Assembly: GCA_051294905.1 (NCBI GenBank)
Contig: CM119372.1
Span: 2,418,001 to 2,482,000, forward strand
Reading direction: 5' to 3'
Length of the DNA: 64,000 nt
Origin: Botryllus schlosseri
Lineage: Eukaryota
Every line of letters starts with the position of its first letter. Within the stretch, counting starts at the first letter, position 1. Of the stretch, positions 61,201-64,000 are shown in pieces. The notes beneath the pieces were generated by a model. It was not told the DNA's origin and made no database searches. It worked only from the letters and a program-made list of their open reading frames with translations. The position numbers were made by a program, and so were the translations under genes.

Positions 61201-62258
61201 CATGATCAGCCGATTTAATACTGCTATAAACCACTTTACCAGTAGCTCTGACGAAGATATAAGTTGTCATGTTTCTATGCTCCTCCCTTTGTTTTAGTCG
61301 TGATAAGGCGTTGGCCTTGCATATTCGTTGCGAGGAATACGAGAGATTTAACTGTAAACGCGGACGTTGGCATTTAATTCATTGTTTTGAAATCACGATT
61401 CGGATGTCTCTTGAGAACGGGGCTTGGGCCCGTCGGGTCAGAATATGGTATACAAAGTTGCGACTAAATATATTTGAATTGCATTCTTCGTGTAACTATT
61501 ATATTAGCCATGTACCTTACATACAACGGTTTTGCGTTGGCGTTTTCGCCTCCTGGTTAATGTCATCGACTTGTTTCTAATGGCGCCTAATGTGAAACCG
61601 CAACACCGCTGTCGGATGGTTATTATGTGGCCTAGGAACATGTTCGACATTTGCTGTCTTGGGGGATCATTTACTGGAAATATTTTTATTTAAAATCTCA
61701 ACTTTTGTAAGAAATGTGCTGGATGGATAATAAAGGGATTTTTCACATTTGCTGAAAATTGCTTCGCGGGCTAGATTTACCGTCTGGCGTGACGGATGCG
61801 GCCCGCGGGTCGTATGTTTGACACCCCTGGATTATCATACGGCAATTTTCAAGTATTTTGGGTCCCAGTGCCTCATCGGCCCCACATTTTTCCTGCCAAG
61901 TTGAGTATTCCGAACAAGTAGGAGTACTTCGTTAATGACCACCACGGTCTCCAGTCCGTGACGCTGCGAGCATGTACCGACGCATTGGCGAAGATCAAAG
62001 ATTGCTATCACGTGGTCATTGCCACGTTTACCAGTCTGTTTAAATTGAACTTTCAGGTTGCAAGTCGGACTTGGATTAACGATGGCGCCGGCTGCAGGCA
62101 AGCTGCGGCGGGAATATTATTGGGACGAGACAAAATTGAAAGATTTCGTCACGTGGTTACGCGACCGCGGCATAAAGCATCTCCACATCTACCCGGAAAG
62201 GTGGCGGCGTCACAGATACGCGGAGCAATATTTTGTAGACACTTTAGCAATGTTTTAG
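46093..62258 (+). CDS. Gene B: type II membrane protein, signal-anchor + mucin stalk + Link module + GH18-like TIM barrel (742 aa model)
   Basis: 11 GT-AG exons in continuous phase: 46093-46234, 49011-49126, 49908-50584, 52247-52350, 52458-52584, 54403-54551, 55099-55357, 56319-56444, 58829-59027, 60065-60192, 62057-62258. Total 2229 nt from ATG to TAG. The join of exons 1-2 to the mucin exon is the least certain part. Confidence 0.8.
46924..47369. mobile_element. Young hAT-like MITE (TAGGCTTACCATA family)
   Basis: Perfect TIR TAGGCTTACCATA and perfect TSD TCTAACAC. Confidence 0.92.
49908..52350 (+). CDS. Gene B mucin-like S/T-rich stalk (exons 49908-50584 and 52247-52350)
   Basis: A 225-codon open exon very rich in Thr/Ser with loose repeats of TVTSTTT..NRD. 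The phase-2 junction joins KVVSPSSTAITK... Confidence 0.85.
51332..52190. mobile_element. hAT-like MITE (CAGTGGTTCCCAA termini)
   Basis: Ends CAGTTGGTTCCCAAAC ... GGTTGGGAACCACTG. TSD ATCTACAG / ATCTAAAG. GGGGAATT subterminal motifs. Confidence 0.85.
52458..54551 (+). CDS. Gene B Link (Xlink) module (exons 52458-52584 and 54403-54551)
   Basis: HVFFVDGEFTCDQAHRACGSKKALVATKRDLDEAWEAGFSR|CTYGWLHDKHVAMVTQSPNERCHKTDVGV...FQGVYC. Fits the Link pattern A..AC....A.LAT..L..A...GF..C.YGW......C....GV....YC. Confidence 0.88.
52829..54013. mobile_element. Complete composite hAT MITE with inner MITE at 53002-53324
   Basis: Perfect TIR CAGGGGTGGGCAAAC and perfect TSD AACTAGAG. Inner TIR CAGTGGTTCTCAAAC, followed by TTCTAAGG. 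Confidence 0.92.
55099..62258 (+). CDS. Gene B glycoside-hydrolase-like (GH18-type) domain, five exons
   Basis: ...SINWWV...IYICCNAF... | ...KVLTHVY... | SAIIRQIVTSAVEIGLDGLIINYEP...YIQFLNDFSDAAEKHGISIGTVISSWGILK | ...FGSMGSTYYG... | LQVGLG...WDETKLKDFVTWLRDRGIKHLHIY. The alternating beta/alpha pattern and the helix-then-LDGL..N.E motif resemble the GH18 DGxDxDxE strand. Confidence 0.7.
56638..56923. mobile_element. MITE with ACCGAGAATG subterminal repeats
   Basis: Inverted ends GGG...ATACCGAGAAAACCATT and AATGGTTTTCTCGGTAT...CCC. Several internal ACCGAGAATG copies. Confidence 0.7.
57645..58207. mobile_element. GACTCGAGTC-family MITE (copy 4)
   Basis: Ends CAGGGCTGTAA ... TTACAACCTG. TSD GGATATTT / GGATATCT. 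Colinear with 62-646. Confidence 0.9.
59306..59729. mobile_element. MITE of the TAGGGTTGCATTTAAAAC family
   Basis: Ends TAGGTTTGCATTTAAAACAAA ... TTTGTTTTAAATGCAACGCTA. Reverse complement of 32247-32676. TSD not evident. Confidence 0.85.
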
Positions 62259-64000
62259 ATATCCTTAATTGTTCGCTTCGGTTCGCGTGAGAATGCGTCC
62301 GACAAATAGTGCGGACGCATTTACAACAATATGGACCAGATTTGGACAACTGGATAGTACCATTCGTGTAGTGGGACCAATTGAAGTGAATTTTGATTAT
62401 GTAATGTTTCTATGGTACCATATTAATTCTATTCTAATTTCTGGCATTCCGAAAATGCTACAGGAGAACTGTGCAGTTCAAAGCAGGCCAAGCTTAGGAT
62501 ACAGCGTTGTGCCAATCTCATGCTTATGAGATCCAATTTTGATTTGCTATGAAGTGAACTTGGTTTTTGTTCTATTTCCCTAAATCCGTAATTTTATTCA
62601 CTTTACAAGTTTTTGTAATTCAGTAATATCTATTCCTAATCCGATTTGATGGAGCAGAAATCTTTCTAGTTGTTTGACTCTGCAGTCAGCATGCAACATT
62701 ATCTCCAACTGCCCCCGCGGACTCGCACGCGTCAATTACCTCGATTTTCCGGACTTTTCAGTGTGTATAGTGTGATTTTGAGCAATCATTTTCCTTCGGT
62801 AAATATCACTGTGGTATTTAAAGATATTTAGAGATACTTTACCAAATCTATATTAGATCATATTGATATTGATATGGGCTTCGTTCGAGATCATGTTATG
62901 TTTACGTACTGTCGTATCTAACAAGCTGAAAACACTCTTCGTATGTGTACTTCTTTGGTATTCACTGTGTTTTGACCGCATGGTCATTTACACCAGACAG
63001 ATGTACTTTATTATTATTACTGATCTGGCGACTTGGTACCGCGAACCACTTTCGTTCTGGGCTTGTTGTAAGACACTGCTTACGCGGAATGAATGCCTTG
63101 GAAGAGCTGGATCGGGGTTACCATATTTTTGTGGCTGAAATTCCGGACACTCTTTATCGCCTACTAAGGGGTTACAGAATGAGGTATGAACTCATTGTCA
63201 GTCAATATGACTTCACACCAGCATAGATTCGCCTATCGACTGTATACAGGAGTGGAACAGAGGTCCTGAAATGGGCCATCTCTAATGTCAGCTACGGTGA
63301 TTGCTAGGGTCAGCAACAGATTTCTTCGCGGACCGGATGAAATCGTCGTGGCTTCGATAGCCCTACTATACTGTTTTGTATAGTTATGTGTTGTAACCAG
63401 GATCGAAACAACATTTTTTTTCAGCCCACTCCCGCCCCCCAAAAACACTGATCTGAGGCCCACCATCGCCCATCGGGGAATCGATGCAACTTTTTGGGGC
63501 CTACTATATGCATCTGATTTCTATATGCATTTAGTTGTTTAATTATATGAATAGATTCTTTCCATAATATTGGTTCTTCCATATATTACTATAAAATGCA
63601 CCAGCAGGTTGCACATTCGGTGATTTCCAATCTCTTATGTTCCGCGGTCCAGCTCAAAGGTTGATTAAGCTGATTACTAAAAAAGTCAGCTTGTCCTGAC
63701 TTGTTCACTGCCTATTTTGAAAACTGATTAAGTTCAACATCTTCGCGATCCCAAAAATAAAGGCAAACGATCACCAGTTTTAGAACCACTGTCTCTGACT
63801 AAAGCACCGAAACGGCCCTAACTGATTCTAGGAATACACATATAACTGCGATTGCAAATATACTTATTTCAGTAAATGATAATTATTTTTTACTTTTGGT
63901 TGCATATTGGCGAGGTCAGGTCAGTGGTCTCCGCCAATATGTTACGCTAAATCGCGCGCATCCCGAAGAAAATTTCAAGCAATATAAATCTACTTAAAAA

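Noticed and set aside
62860-63470. ORFs 62945-63226 (+) and 63233-63466 (-) as a third gene
   Set aside because: No recognisable domain and no consistent splice chain. A terminal exon of a gene outside the window cannot be excluded.

Overview
This is AT-rich, intron-containing eukaryotic DNA. It is probably from an invertebrate deuterostome such as an ascidian, which is an inference from gene content, intron style and the MITE landscape. I assembled two divergently transcribed multi-exon genes by hand from GT-AG splice sites with consistent reading phase. Gene A (minus strand, at least 801-22633, 29 exons, over 1250 aa, both ends unresolved) encodes five CUB domains, an RARR furin-type site, Ser/Thr-rich linkers and four Ly6/uPAR (LU) domains; the LU pairs come from an intragenic tandem duplication. 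Gene B (plus strand, 46093-62258, 11 exons, 742 aa) encodes a type II membrane anchor, a mucin stalk, a Link (Xlink) module and a C-terminal GH18-like TIM-barrel domain with an altered catalytic motif (DGLIINYE), which is the most unusual feature here. Introns and the roughly 22 kb between the genes are packed with non-autonomous DNA transposons, many with 8-bp TSDs (hAT-like). They also hold a 616-bp near-perfect foldback palindrome, fossil Chapaev3-like and Buster/Charlie-like transposases, and an inverted pair of tRNA-derived SINEs. I found no CRISPR array, rRNA or bona fide tRNA. No database search was run, so family assignments rest on motif recognition.
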